From assembly GCA_011109175.1 (NCBI GenBank), contig RDEW01000004.1, positions 272,030-336,029 of the forward strand: 64,000 nt of DNA. Direction: 5' to 3'. Below the pieces are notes generated by a model, which was given only the letters and a program-made list of their open reading frames with translations, made no database searches and was not told the origin of the DNA. This document shows, piece by piece, positions 1-12,049 of the stretch. Both the position numbers and the translations under genes were made by a program. Each line of letters opens with the position of its first letter. Positions within the stretch are counted from its first letter, which is position 1. This DNA comes from Dicyema japonicum (taxonomy: Eukaryota; Animalia; Dicyemida).

Positions 1-1169
1 GAGTTGTCGGCTCACCATGGTCGATGCTACTTTTGCTGCAAGTCTTCTAAAATAGTTCCCGACCGCAATGTGGCGGATTCCTCCGTTGGGTTTTTTGAAA
101 GCAAGTAGCCTTGCGGAGAAGAGCAATTCTCTGGCATATTTTGGGATGTCGCCGTTAACCATTTTTCTGATTAGGTCCGTAATTGATTTGACAAGACAGC
201 GTCCAGCTTCCGAGGTGTAAGTGGACGTAAGGTCCTTAATATGGCCAGGACGTAACCCTTCCAAGCCTCCACCGCTGCTAGCCGCAAAGGAAGTTATTCC
301 ATGGCGCACTTCGGATTCGGTAATGATGATCTCCTTGGTTCCTTCAGGATTCAAAAACTTTTCATAGTCAGTCGGTGCATCTGGATGCTTTAGTATTAAA
401 GTATTTAGGACCTCGGGAGTACAAGACAATACTGTGTCATCGGATGTGATAACCCGCAAGGCTGCCCGCACGTCGCCTTCCAGAAGTTTCCGATTTACTC
501 TCTCCTTTAGTTTGTTGGGGGCATCTTTGATGAATGCTCCTCTGGTTTCGACCTCATTAACATTAAGTGGATGTTCAAGTATTGCGTGTATGTTATGACA
601 GCTAAAATTCATTATGTTCGTTTCAGTTTCCCGGATAAATTGAGTCGGGAGTTTGTTTCTTTATTATTGTCCTCAGATTCCTTTGTAGGTATTCCGAGTG
701 CGACAGGTGCAAAGCATATAAGTTTTAGCCAGGATTCCCAACTGTCAGAAAATAGTGCGTGATCAATGGCATCTGAAAGACACGTTGCTGCGGCAATTCG
801 TATTTTTTTAGGGATTTTTACTGGGATCTTCATGGCTTTCCTGAGGTTCGAGATCTTCAAGAGAGTATGGTCAGTATGTGGCAGTGTAAAATTTGGCTGA
901 GTTATTTTTTCCCGCCTGGGGGCCTCCATTCCAATACAAGAGGGGCACAGCCAACTCGACAGCGTCTCGGCGCAAGCTTTACTCATTTTTATGCAGCCCA
1001 GATGGACGAATGATTCACATTGTGTGCAGTTAATCCCATATTTCCTGATGTTCGATTGTCCACATAAAAAACATACCTGATTTGTCCGTACTGGATTTGT
1101 TCCTCGTACTTTGTCTTCTTTTCGTTCTTTATTTTCCATGAGATTTTTGTTGATCACACCACTTAACAA
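1..1169 (-). mobile_element. CRE-like (RLE-type) non-LTR retrotransposon, 5' part with PHD finger, runs off the left edge
   Basis: ORF 612-1169 has C-x2-C...C-x2-C-x4-H-x2-C...W-x-C-x2-C. Downstream minus frames give SGGLEGLRPGHIKDL and the RT N-terminal region, homologous to the copies at 6.1-10.1, 25.3-26.3 and 48.7-51.2 kb. Confidence 0.85.
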
Positions 1170-1950
1170 CGTGCCTGAAGTTTACCGAAACGATGTTGAG
1201 CATCATTTCGGCACCTTCTCCTTCCTGTATCACATCGCGATATTTCTAAGAGCATTAGGGGAGCCAGAAGTAGTGCAATATCCTTTTACCATGCAATGGA
1301 TAGTGCTCACATCACTAACCATTACAGTGGAGGGCGCAAACCTTCTCCCTTGTAGTACATCATCCGATGCTTTTTGATACAGGGGGCATCTAGTATGGCT
1401 CGTTCTGTCTTCATTCTCTGCCACAGTTCACGCACTTGACTTCGGTGAATGTGGGCCCCTGCAATTAAAGCACTTGATTACTGTGAGTCGCTTTCGGGCC
1501 ACACATAATCTAAAGTAACTGATACCTTCTCTAGGCAAATCCTTTCTGCTACAACATCAGAACGTTCATGGTTCGGAGTCTCTTCCCCCCACCTGAGAAG
1601 CGCTCAATCTTGTGTGCCGATGGGGAAGTCTTACTTTTTTTATCCAGTACATCATCCACCAAATCCAGAGGGACTCCGAAGACTTATACTGCCGAGTCAG
1701 CTGCTTTAGGAATGACATGTTATGTGCCTAGAGCCAAATCATTCACCTCAGCTTCAAAAGCTGAGACGTCTTCTTTATTTTTAAACCCCAGCAACAACTG
1801 GGATTCTTCATTAAGCAACCAGAGTGCTTATGGTGAGAAAAGCTTAACTACTCTTGTTTTCAAGACCTCCATCCTCACTAATGTAGTAAGTCCATATTTA
1901 CCTAATTCCTGTCATCCTTCCAATCTAGATCCAGGTTTCATCTTTTAATC
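1170..1950 (-). mobile_element. Decayed LINE ORF1 (gag-like, CCHC knuckles)
   Basis: Minus frames give VFGVPLDLVDDVL...KIERFSGG, KCFNCRGPH and KCVNCG...HTRCPLY, with stops and frameshifts. Confidence 0.6.
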
Positions 1951-2029
1951 GGGAATGTCATGTTCCTCGACACAGCGAGACATTTCTTCTTTTCCTTGCA
2001 TTTGTATGCGAAGTTTTTAACTTGTTGAC

Positions 2030-2700
2030 AGTTGTAACATATGGTCTGACTTTTTTGCATTTATTCTCAAGTAATCATCCTACCTATGAAAAAATCACAG
2101 TGAATTATCGAAGGGGACTCCGCCTTGTATTCTATGGAAGCCTTATTATTGGCAACATCTGTTTTTTTCGATACATGCTTGAGACTTTTTTGCAGATGGG
2201 ACCATCTCTTAAAAATATCCATAAGAAAATGTTTTTCATGACGATCTCCGATGGTCTTGTGATCATTTCTCGGAACCGGTGATTGTCGAGCCCAAAAGGG
2301 CAAGCATTGTTCATAACCTTCATAAAGGTCATCTTATATGTCTTTTCATGGAATTCCAGGCGAAAGATACCTGAATTTTTTAGGCTCATGGATCCAGATT
2401 GGCCATGTAGGTAAAGTCTCGCTCATATTCAAAGAGGCTGAGATCTGAACAATCAAGTAGTCAGAGTCCACCTTGTCTGTATTGGTCGTTGACTTCAGTA
2501 ATTGTATCAACATTCTTAGTTATGTAATCTTTTGGTAGCTTTTGCATGGGTTCCATTAACGGTTTCAGCTTTTTAGTTCTGTATGCCGTCTACTCCTTGG
2601 AAGTTTTTTGCAGTGGCAGCTCCCGGAGGGCGGGAAGATATGTTACTTTTTGATATTCTTGAGTTTGCTTTACTACTTTTCGGTACGCTTTGAAAACCTA
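2030..2700 (-). mobile_element. LINE family A (Jockey/I-like) ORF1 N-terminal fragment
   Basis: NNACPFGLDNHRFREMITRPSEIVMKN matches NETCPFGLDDHYFKAISTKPSEIVLRN at 51.7 kb and GTSPFGLGNHCF...RPSKIVLKN at 41.1 kb. Confidence 0.75.
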
Positions 2701-3069
2701 TCGTAAAAAAACAAACCGAAAAAACTTTATTAAACCATAAATTAAAAGTTAGATTGGAGTTATTTTAAGTCCTGCATCTATGGTCCGGAGACTTCTCCAG
2801 TACCTCATCTCCAGCCTCGACAAAATTAAAAAAATAGTTTTTCCTCAGAAAATAGGGGACCGATGTCAAGGTCTCCCATTTTCACCCATACAATAGCAAA
2901 CATTGTTTAGATAAAATTACAAATTTCGTCTCACTGTGATTAGGAGTGATAAGTTTAACTTATCCACCCGAACCTTATGCTTTATCCAGACATGATACTA
3001 TACGACATTTATTACCCCCAGACTTACAATTTTTGGTAAGCCCAGCATAAACAACCAATTAATCCATAA

Positions 3070-3420
3070 AAGGAAACCAAATCTATTTGGTAAACTGCTG
3101 ATATTGTGTTACAGAAAACACATTTATCTGAGGACATTTCATTAACCAGGAACACTGAACGGAGTGATGAAATGGTAAATGATTTGAAACAGTTGAAGGT
3201 TGCTTTTCTATTGCTATCGATGAGACCGTTGACATTACTAGAATAGCACAGCTTGCAGTTTTTATCAGGCAGTTAAATTAATATTTATGAAGAACTGAAT
3301 TAACTGATTTTGCATGATACTAAAAAAAACGAAAACATATGAAAAAGTCGAACTGATTTTGTATGACAGTGGTTTTGGTTAGAGTAAACTTTCATGTTGA
3401 TCTACTAAAATACAGGACAA
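3070..3420 (+). mobile_element. hAT transposase remnant
   Basis: ISLTRNT...FSIAIDETVDITRIAQLAVFIR, the first catalytic-Asp block of Charlie/SPIN-type hAT transposases. Confidence 0.75.
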
Positions 3421-3921
3421 ATTATTGTACACAATCATAATTAAAATTTTATTTTTTTAACTTACTCATTTCTTTGAAAGTGACCTGACAAATATTTTAG
3501 TAAAAAAATTATAAATTAATCAAATCAAATATAAAGTACTAAGATCACAATTCGGTTAGTAAAAATATTTTGAAGGTTATTTCTAAGTGAATTAGTGAGT
3601 GTTTTAAATTTTATAAAAAATACTAATTATCTCTATCTTTTTATTATTTAATAATAAAATGAAGATGAAAATTCATAACGTACATCATGTGAAATCTACT
3701 CAAGTTAATAAAATCGTAAAACAAAAATTTTTATCTTAATTAACATGTTTAATATTCTGATTATTACAAAAATTATATAAATCTGGACCTACAAGTATGC
3801 CAAAACCAATAGTTTAGCTAGATTAAAGAAATATTTTGTATTTACCTTTAAAAGAATGAATTTTTTAGTCAGATCAACTATATGTGAATTAATCAAACCG
3901 GTTATTCTCTAATAAAAGGAA

Positions 3922-4749
3922 ATGTCTGCTGTTACACACACCACAAAGAGTAATTCAATTGAGAATTTAATCACACTAAAACATTTAATGTCCTCGAAAT
4001 CTTTATCTACTTCTAAGACTTCCAGTGCCAATCAGAAAATTTCTACTTCTGCCAAGAAGCCCATGACTCATCCTCCTTACATTAATATGATTATTGCTGC
4101 CGTTAATTCTTTTCCTTCTGGTAAACCTGCTTCCAGATCTACAGTTCTTAAATATATTCAAGCGAATTTTAATATTCAAGCAACTCCTTCCAGGATTAAT
4201 TCTCAACTTAAGACTGTATTGAGGAATTGTCTTTTGAATGGAAAGTTATATAGATTAAGTGTACTTTTTCTCTTTTTTACAATCTCAGGGTGTCGGAGCT
4301 TCTGGGGCTTTTTGTTTACCTGAGAGTGATCTGGCCAAAAACGCTAAGAAGAAAATGTCTGCTAAGAAAAGGTTTTGATTACCGTTTATTTTTTGTAGAC
4401 CATCAAACCCTCAAAAGACAGCTAGTACGGTGTCTAAGGTGAGTACTACTAAAGAAAAGCAAGTTAAAAAAGTATTCGGTTAACTCAGATTAAGACTTCC
4501 AGTGTCTCTAAATCTTCAGGAAAAAATACTGTCAAAACCTTGAATATATCTGCCAAGGTACCTTCAACTACCAAAAGAACTTCAGTGGCTAATTCTAAAA
4601 AGAATTCCAGTGTAGTAAGGAGGACAACCGCGAAAGCTAAGAAACCTGTTAAGCCTACAAAGGTTACTAAGGATACAAAGAAAAAAATTGTATCAAAGAA
4701 GACACCGGTTAAGAAGTCTGTCACTAAGACACGTCCTATTAGTAGTTAG
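3922..4749 (+). CDS. H1: Linker histone H1 (intron-containing)
   Basis: Globular domain HPPYINMIIAAV...RSTVLKYIQANF...LRNCLLNGKL. Removing intron 4261-4288 restores GVGASGAF. Intron 2 is 4372-4398; intron 3 ends at 4488. Lys/Ser/Thr-rich tail, stop at 4747-4749. Confidence 0.92.
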
Positions 4750-5484
4750 TGTGATTTTAATTTGTGCTTACTTATTCATACTTTTAATGGTGTTTGTATT
4801 AAGTTTACATAAGGAGTAAGTATCCCATTGTTGATGATTAAATGGTTGGTGTCATTGGATAGATTTTTATGAAATGTTATTTTTAATTACCCTATTATAG
4901 CGACTATTATCACAGCGTGACTTTGTTTTAATTATAAAATAAATTTTATTACTTAATTCATTACCCAGCTTAACAATCCATTAAATATTTATTTTCGACA
5001 ATGATTACTTTCCTGTTGTCATTTTAAAGGATTCCAGTGGCCCACATGTTAGTTTTTGCTCTTGATTTTTTGTTTAATTCTTCTGTTCCTACTCTTCCCT
5101 TTTGGCTCCAAAGATTTTGATAAAGTTTGTAATGTGGATTGCGCCAGATATAATCCTTAATTATATCTAATAACCCATTAGTCAACAACCATCGTGAGGA
5201 GTTCTCCATGGACATCACATTCTTCAAATCCGAGCATGCAAAGACTGTTGTGAGAGATCACTTGAATTTTTTCTTTCTCTCTATGACGGTGGTTTTCAAC
5301 AACTTTAATAAACAAGAATTGAAATCCGCTAAAGACCTGAACTCAATAATAACTCTAGTTAAAATATAGAGTTCTTAAAAATATTTATTTAACTTCCGGG
5401 GGGAAACCAACAGTCAAAGTCCTCATCTTGGTTCGGTGAGAGATATTGCAGTTGTTTTCTTTAAAATGGATTTACATAACTTTT

Positions 5485-5565
5485 TTTTGGCTCAGACAAA
5501 AGATTGGAATAGCCATACTCCGAGGGAACTCGTTCGCAATCCACGCAGCAGGCTTCCTCAACTGA
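5485..5565 (+). mobile_element. CRE-like element 3' end fragment
   Basis: WLRQKIGIAILRGNSFAIHAAGFLN* matches WLFQRISLAVVRGNSHSIISAGLSN* at 51.1 kb. Confidence 0.7.
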
Positions 5566-5832
5566 CATTTATTTACATAACTATTTGTCATAATTAATCG
5601 ATAATTATTAGAAATTATTGATTTTTTATTTCGTTCACTTGATGGACACGACCTCGACTATCACGTTATCAAATTTTGCCATGTAGTGCTGCGTGGTTAA
5701 TTGGTTTAAATTTTCTGCTTGCTTGTCTGTTCCTCTTCTCTCTTCCTAATAGAGTGGCGTCATGTGATCCACCTGTCTAGGTGACGCCCATTTCCAGGTT
5801 CGCACGAAAAAGGATCATTTACTCTTCCCCAC

Positions 5833-5982
5833 TCCAGTGGACGGGTTTCCACAACTGCATGTAATGGACGTCTTACCATTTATGCTGATTCCTGATGGAC
5901 TCTGTAAAAGTGGAAACTGGATACACTTAATTTGTTGGTTACTTTAACTTCTTTCTCGGTGTATCCGGGGTTAATAAATAAA
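5833..5982 (+). repeat. Dispersed ~145-bp structured repeat, copy 1
   Basis: Homologous to the reverse complement of 26625-26762. Stem CTGGATACAC (5917-5926) / GTGTATCCGG (5959-5968), followed by a TAAA-type tail. Confidence 0.7.
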
Positions 5983-6119
5983 TAGACAAGCCACTGGATT
6001 TCGGAGATGTCATCTGAGTGTGACCAAACATGTTATTACTCCTCAATGATTATTAGATGATTAGTCAATAATTACTGACATACAATTGATGATTGACAAA
6101 TAACACATTTCAAAAGTAA

Positions 6120-9100
6120 CAATTAATTAACACAGCAATCCATCCAAAGTGAACCCCGCCGGCATTATCGACGTTGCGTTGCCTCTCACGATTGCCTTTC
6201 CTGACTTCTGAAATCATTAACCCAAGCGATCTTAGAAAAGATACCGTCTCGGCCCGAATACTCCACTCGTCTCGACAAAAACGAGTTATTCATGGAATGT
6301 TGTGGAGAGTCTCGAAATTCCGAGCAACCAGTAAGTCTCTTCCTACCGTAAATTGATAAGTATCTCTCCATCACAATTGAATGGTCTATGTTGTCGATAT
6401 CACTTCAGGAATAAGGTCTCTTTTTTCCAGTTTTTGAGGTTTCTAGATATGTATCTTCTATAGTGTTCCCAGTTTAATCTTGATAGGTCTATCCTGTAAA
6501 CACTGGTGTCCGGAGCCAGGTTCAGTAACATCTTTTGGGGATGTGGTCGCTCCTGATGTCCCACATTGTCGCCCCACAAAAGTGTAGAGCAGTGGTGACA
6601 CCAAGAACACGCCAAACATATCTCCACCGTGATGCGAGAAGTGATTCGGCTCTCCTGACGTCAAGATCTCGAAACCAGTTTCATCACTCAATTTTCTTAG
6701 TCTGACTCCATCTTCATTAGTTCCGAGGCATCCATATTTAACGTTCTTGCCGTTTAGATCTCCTACCAGGACAGACATATCGTTTCCTGCAAATAATTCT
6801 TCAATTTGTGTGGAGCACTTTCTGAGGTCCTTTGAGTACATCCCTCCAACGTGTATCCAAAACCCAGACTGCGTACCTTGACGGAAACAAATTCACAATG
6901 TGTATTCATAATAAACTTTATGTTCACGTATCTGTAGATCATTACTGTATAATAGTGTGGTTCCAGGGCCAGCTTCTGCACCTTCGACTTATGGTATTTC
7001 TATAAAATTATATTCCTTTAGCATTGTTGTGTTGGTCTTTTTACCTTGGTCTCGTTGACCACCAGGATGTCAATCTTGGTGGACGACAGGAGTAGAGCCA
7101 TGACGCCTCTTCCTCAGGGATCTGGCATTCCCCAGCATTATCTTCAGGTTTCTTTTCAATTTTCTTTTAGGTGGCTTGGGCTCTCAATGGCCAGGTCCAC
7201 CATTCTTCGTAAATCCACCCAGAGTATACCGCTTAGTTCCTTTAGTTTTGATATTAATTCCTCCAGTTCTTACGCAATTCTCCCTGGTATCTTTTCTCTT
7301 GTAACCAGGCCGATTTTTGTGGATGAGGATCTGGTTCATTCTTGTTAGTCCTTGGGCCAATTATTATTTTTTGGGCTGGTGGTTTTACTTTGTTGGTTAT
7401 TACATCCATCTCTTTCGGTTCCGTATTGTTGATTCGTGGACTTAGCTTTCGCCTGGCCTCCATTACCACAGGGCATCCCCCATACCTTGCACCGTGTTTT
7501 GTTGATCCGCAGTTAACGTACTTAGGTTCAAGAATAAGGTCCGCACTGCACTTGGAGGTGTCATGCTCTCCCACACAACGGAAGCATTTCTTCCAGCAGA
7601 CTGCGCCGAGCTGAGCATCATCGAGTTCGAGAAAGAATCCACAACAGTGCAGTCCTATACGAGCGATTTTCCCACAAAGAACGGAAAGATAGTTAACCCA
7701 TCCGGTCTTTTCCCGTCTCCGCGGTCCAATCTCACGGGCTCCAGTACTGCCGGGAAGCCTGCAGCTTCAAAGCACGCATGACAATGTTGTTCATAGCAGA
7801 GGTGCTCTGCCCGCACTCTTTTTGCACGAAAGCGGATGCAGCCTTTAGCATCGACAATCCTCCACAACGCCTGGTGTTGACGAAAAATATCAACTCCCAG
7901 GCGTTGTGCGATCCAATCCGAATACAGTCATCGTCCAAAAAGGTTTCCAGGGAGGAACACGGGAGTGCATCCAGCCACGCTCCGCTCCCATGGTTGGCGG
8001 CAGACACGAGGCATGCAAGACGATGCTGGTTGGCCTCAGACTTTAGCACGTCGAAGATATTCTTGGAGTAGATATCATCCCAGTCACGTTGCCTCGAAGG
8101 ATCGTTCGGCATATCCAAACCAGTTTCACACCATTCGCGACGAGCTTCGTAGAAGACTTTTTCACAAGAAAGTCCGGTTGTAAAACGTAGGATATCTTGG
8201 ACCAAAAGGCTTCCACTTGAGAGCGATAACACATATGCTGGAAAGGCGATCTCCAGCGCCGACCTGAGACCCGTACCTCCGAGGCGTGTAGGAAGCTTGT
8301 ATTGGTTCCAACTTGGCACATCAAAGTGGATGTTTAGAAGCGATTCAGTGATTTTCTCAATGTCCTATCCAGTGACAGGAGGATGTCACGATGTTTGAAG
8401 CAGAGAGAACATCGGAGAGCATATAGGAGTTTAGGCAAGCCGATGCTATTCTTCAAAAGGAAAGAACTCTGTAAGACCATCGAGTAAAAGAGTTTCTCCG
8501 AATCTCTAAAGAGTTCATCCTCTTTTGTTAGTAGATGGCTCCACAGTTCCTTTTCGTCAAGTAGGCACCCAAGAAAGTATGTCCGCTCCGTAAGTACGAC
8601 AGTAATTCCAGGTAGTACCGAGTTGAAAGACTCGACCACGTTGATGAAATCACTCTCCGAGTATGTGATATTTATTATCTCATATTTTTTTTATTTATCT
8701 CAAGTCCGAGGTTTCGTAGTGCGCACGGCATGTGACAGAACGTCATACTTTTCTCCACGGCCCTCCAATCGTGGCGTCATTAAGATACCAAGGTTAGTTG
8801 TGTGATAGAGCGGACAATTTCATCGATGGCCAGAGCGAAAGTGTACCAAGTGGGTTCCTTGTTGACTCCAGTCTCCGAACAGATAATCTTGTCCCCGAAA
8901 ACCAGTGAAAAATTGGTTCCGTAAGCGAGGTAGACAAGTAGAATAAGTTTCGAAAATTTGATCCCTCCTAGTGAATTGAAGGCATTGCAGATGTCCAGCT
9001 TGACCCCAATGTGTGGGTTTTGTTCGTCTTTCTGTCCAAAAAACACCTCGCAGCATGCACTGCCGCCTCGCATCCGTTCCTTACACCGATCCCCAGTTGG

Positions 9101-10070
9101 AGGGGGAAATTCTTCAGATTTTCTCGGACAGACAATACTGTTTTGTAATTGATTTGACAAGGTTGCAGTCAGCTTCTGCAGTAGCCTCCGCCGTAAGATC
9201 CTTGGTGTGACTTAACCTCAAGTCATCGAGACCTCCACTGCTACTCGCCACAAATGACGAAATGTTGCGCCGCATTTCGCCTTCGGTGACGGTCGTTCTT
9301 GACAAATTTCCAGGAGGCACGAATGGGCTGTAATCTGCAGGAGGACATGGATGTTTTCGTCTGAGTAATTCAAGCACCTCATGCGTCGCAGTCATGACAG
9401 TATCGTCGCTGGCAGCGACGCGCAACCCGCTCGGACGTCGCCTTCAAATAGTTTACGATTTATCCTTTTTCCAAGTTTGTCCTGCTTATTCACAGAAACC
9501 GGAGGATTGGAATCAATATGTTTTGGTTTCATAACTTCCGTCTTGGTGAGAGAATGCACATGGAAAAACTGGATGTTCTTCATTTTTGAGGAAAGGGAGT
9601 TCCTAAGTGTCGTACTTTCTCCTGTGTTCTGTTGATCTCTTTTTGAATCGATAAATGGAATTCCAAGTGCATGGAACGAAACTGATGAGTTTTAGCCAGG
9701 CCTCCTGGTCGTCGGACGTGAGAGCATCGTCAATTGCAGAGGCCAGGGATGTAGCCGCGGGGATCCGGACGGGTCTTGGGATCCTGATTGGGATCTTCCT
9801 GGCTTTCCTTAGATCCGACAAGAAGAGCAAGAGGTTGTCAATATCATTGAAGTCTAGAGGCTCATTCGGTTCTACGTGCTCGTTTGGAATGATCCTCTGG
9901 GTTTTCCGACCAGTGCCCATGCAGACATTGCAGTTCCACCGGCAGAGCGAGCATGCAGCCTGCTGAGACATTTTTATGCATCCGAGGTGGAAAAAGTCAC
10001 CGCAAGAAGAGCAGAAAAGTCCATATTAGCATAACCGCATGAAGAGCATGTAGTGTCCAGTCTCTTGGGT
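6120..10070 (-). mobile_element. Near full-length decayed CRE-like retrotransposon (PHD, RT, zinc knuckle, RLE), interrupted at 6344-7588
   Basis: PHD FCSSCGDFFHLGC...WNCNVC; AAVHA, KLDICNAFNS, LPTRLGGTGL, WLDALPCSSL, LEPVRLDRGDGKRPDG. The C-terminus VETSGVFGP...AIVRGNATSI resumes at 6120-6340. Confidence 0.9.
6344..7588 (-). mobile_element. Internal segment of LINE family A (ORF1 C-terminal half plus APE endonuclease) nested in the CRE copy
   Basis: KKCFRCVGEHD...NCGSTKHGARYGGCP, KIDILVVNETK, VLVGDLNGK. Homologous to 47.3 kb and 52.1 kb. Flanked by TCTTCC at 6338-6343 and 7589-7594. Confidence 0.88.
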
Positions 10071-10319
10071 ATAATATGTGTTGCTCTATATATGAACGAC
10101 GGTCCATGACGATACAATTACGCACCACAAGACCACCAAAAGCAAACGTGTTTAATTTTGATCAATTATGGGTGTCTAACAATAATCTGTCGATATCACA
10201 TTTTCCCCATTAATGTCTCTGATTAATTGTCTAATATTAAATATCGATAAATCTGTTGCTTGGTTATCCGCCATTTTCCATAATTAAAGCACATTACGAC
10301 AAAATTAATAAAACAGCTA

Positions 10320-11345
10320 ATGGAGGGGAATGAAGAAAAGAATAGCATATCTGATATTTATAACTACCAAATTCCAAAGCAAGATTTAGTTTGTAGACGA
10401 CAATAAACTTATAGTATAGATTATGCTCACATCCTCTCAATCGGACAAAATTAATAGTGAAGCATTCCAACTTTTATCGATTTGCCACAGAGACGACTTT
10501 AACAACAACCGTGGTATTTTAAAAAGAAATGAGGAACCTGACTTTTCCTGTGACAGAGTAGTGGTGTTAATAATGTTAGTGTGGAATATTATTTGAAAAG
10601 TACGAACAGATAATACATGTAATGGAAAGCATGAAATACCACGTTGACTGCTTTAGATGCGATAAGTGTAAAAATATTTTAGTGGATAAAATATATATTC
10701 ACGGAAAAAACTATAAATTATTTTGTCCTCGACATTTCATGGAGCTTTACCATCCACGATGTAATGCATGTAATGAGGTTTAATATAACACTGAATGAAG
10801 CTAATCCTTGAAGAAGAATGTGTTGAGGCCGAACAAAAAATGTGGCATCTCGAACACTTCCGTTGTCACATTTGCAGAGTTGTTTTAGGCCAACTCCATT
10901 ATACAATGCATAACAACAACCCTTACTGTCTCTACTGTTTTGAAAGAGAACCAGCAAACAAAAATAGACTTGGATTTAATGGTTGTAGCGGGTAAATTTA
11001 CCTTTTATGATTAGATGTAGGACATGTGCAATCTGTGATATTTCTATATTGGATGGAGAATATTCCCTAAAAGAAAAATATTTTTGTAGAAATTGCAACT
11101 CCCAACAAACCAAAAATAATAGCAATGTGTATGAAAATTTGAGTAAACTGAATCTCAATTCAAAAATTAATAAAAAATGGTTGTTAAAGAAAACCGAGAA
11201 ACAAAATCTGCCCGACATAAAAGAAAGAGAAAATAATAGTTGTGAATCCTCTAGTGAATTGTCCTCAATTCAAAATGTTTGGATACAAGAGGATAAAAAA
11301 TACAACAAAAATAAGAAAAAAATTAACTATTGTAGAGTTTCATGA
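10320..11345 (+). CDS. PRICKLE: Prickle-type PET/LIM protein
   Basis: Introns 10389-10419, 10558-10579, 10778-10800 and 10992-11014 give one frame: partial PET (YQIPKQD), LIM1, Prickle-like LIM2 PRCNACNELILEEECVEAEQKMWHLEHFRCHICRVVLG...PYCLYCFE, partial LIM3 and a CaaX-like end CRVS*. Confidence 0.85.
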
Positions 11346-12049
11346 TTTTTGTTATAAAATATATTTTCCTGTTTGTAACAATTATTTTAGTTTTTTCAAT
11401 TTTATTAAAAAATTATTCATTCTAACAAAAAGGATGCAATCGGCAGTTTCTATAGTAAATGTCTCAAGAAATGCAAAAAGTGAGTTTTGCGAAATCTCTG
11501 TCTTAATCAAAGACCCACGTGCAAGAACAAAGCGTTTGACAAAATAGATGAAAATCACTTACGGAGAGATAAAGTAGATGTTTTACTGCTTTTTCTTACC
11601 ATGATAGTAAGGGCGAATACCAATGATACTACATGACATAGAAAGCAACCACCCCCAATGTTTTTATTGATTATAGCATTTGATGTTTGGACTGGTAGTT
11701 TTGTAATAACATGGTGGATATCACTCAGAGTCTACCAGAAAATGGTCTATAGCTGTATCTATGAGATATACAAAAAGATGTCTCTACAAAGGTGAATATA
11801 ACCATCGATAAAACTCTGGACTTTGATAACGTAAGGATGAAGATGCTCAAAAAGGCCCAGATAGTTTAGTAGAATTTTTACGGGACATATTCAACGCAAA
11901 TCTAAAGTTTTGTCATCAGACTCTGAAAGAACAAAGTAGTACTGAGAAAACCAGGAATCTCAAAAAAAGATCCGCTGAGCTATCACCAATCATATGTTCT
12001 AAGTGATTAAATTAATAATTTTTAAAATCCTGAACCTATTTGAAAATAA

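Noticed and set aside
4472-4488. Claim of a definite 17-nt H1 intron
   Set aside because: In-frame donors at 4463 (26 nt) and 4439 (50 nt) fit equally well, and 26 nt matches the length distribution.
11430-11995. Possible gene downstream of Prickle
   Set aside because: Stops occur in all frames, no consistent micro-intron solution was found, and there are only faint RT-like scraps.
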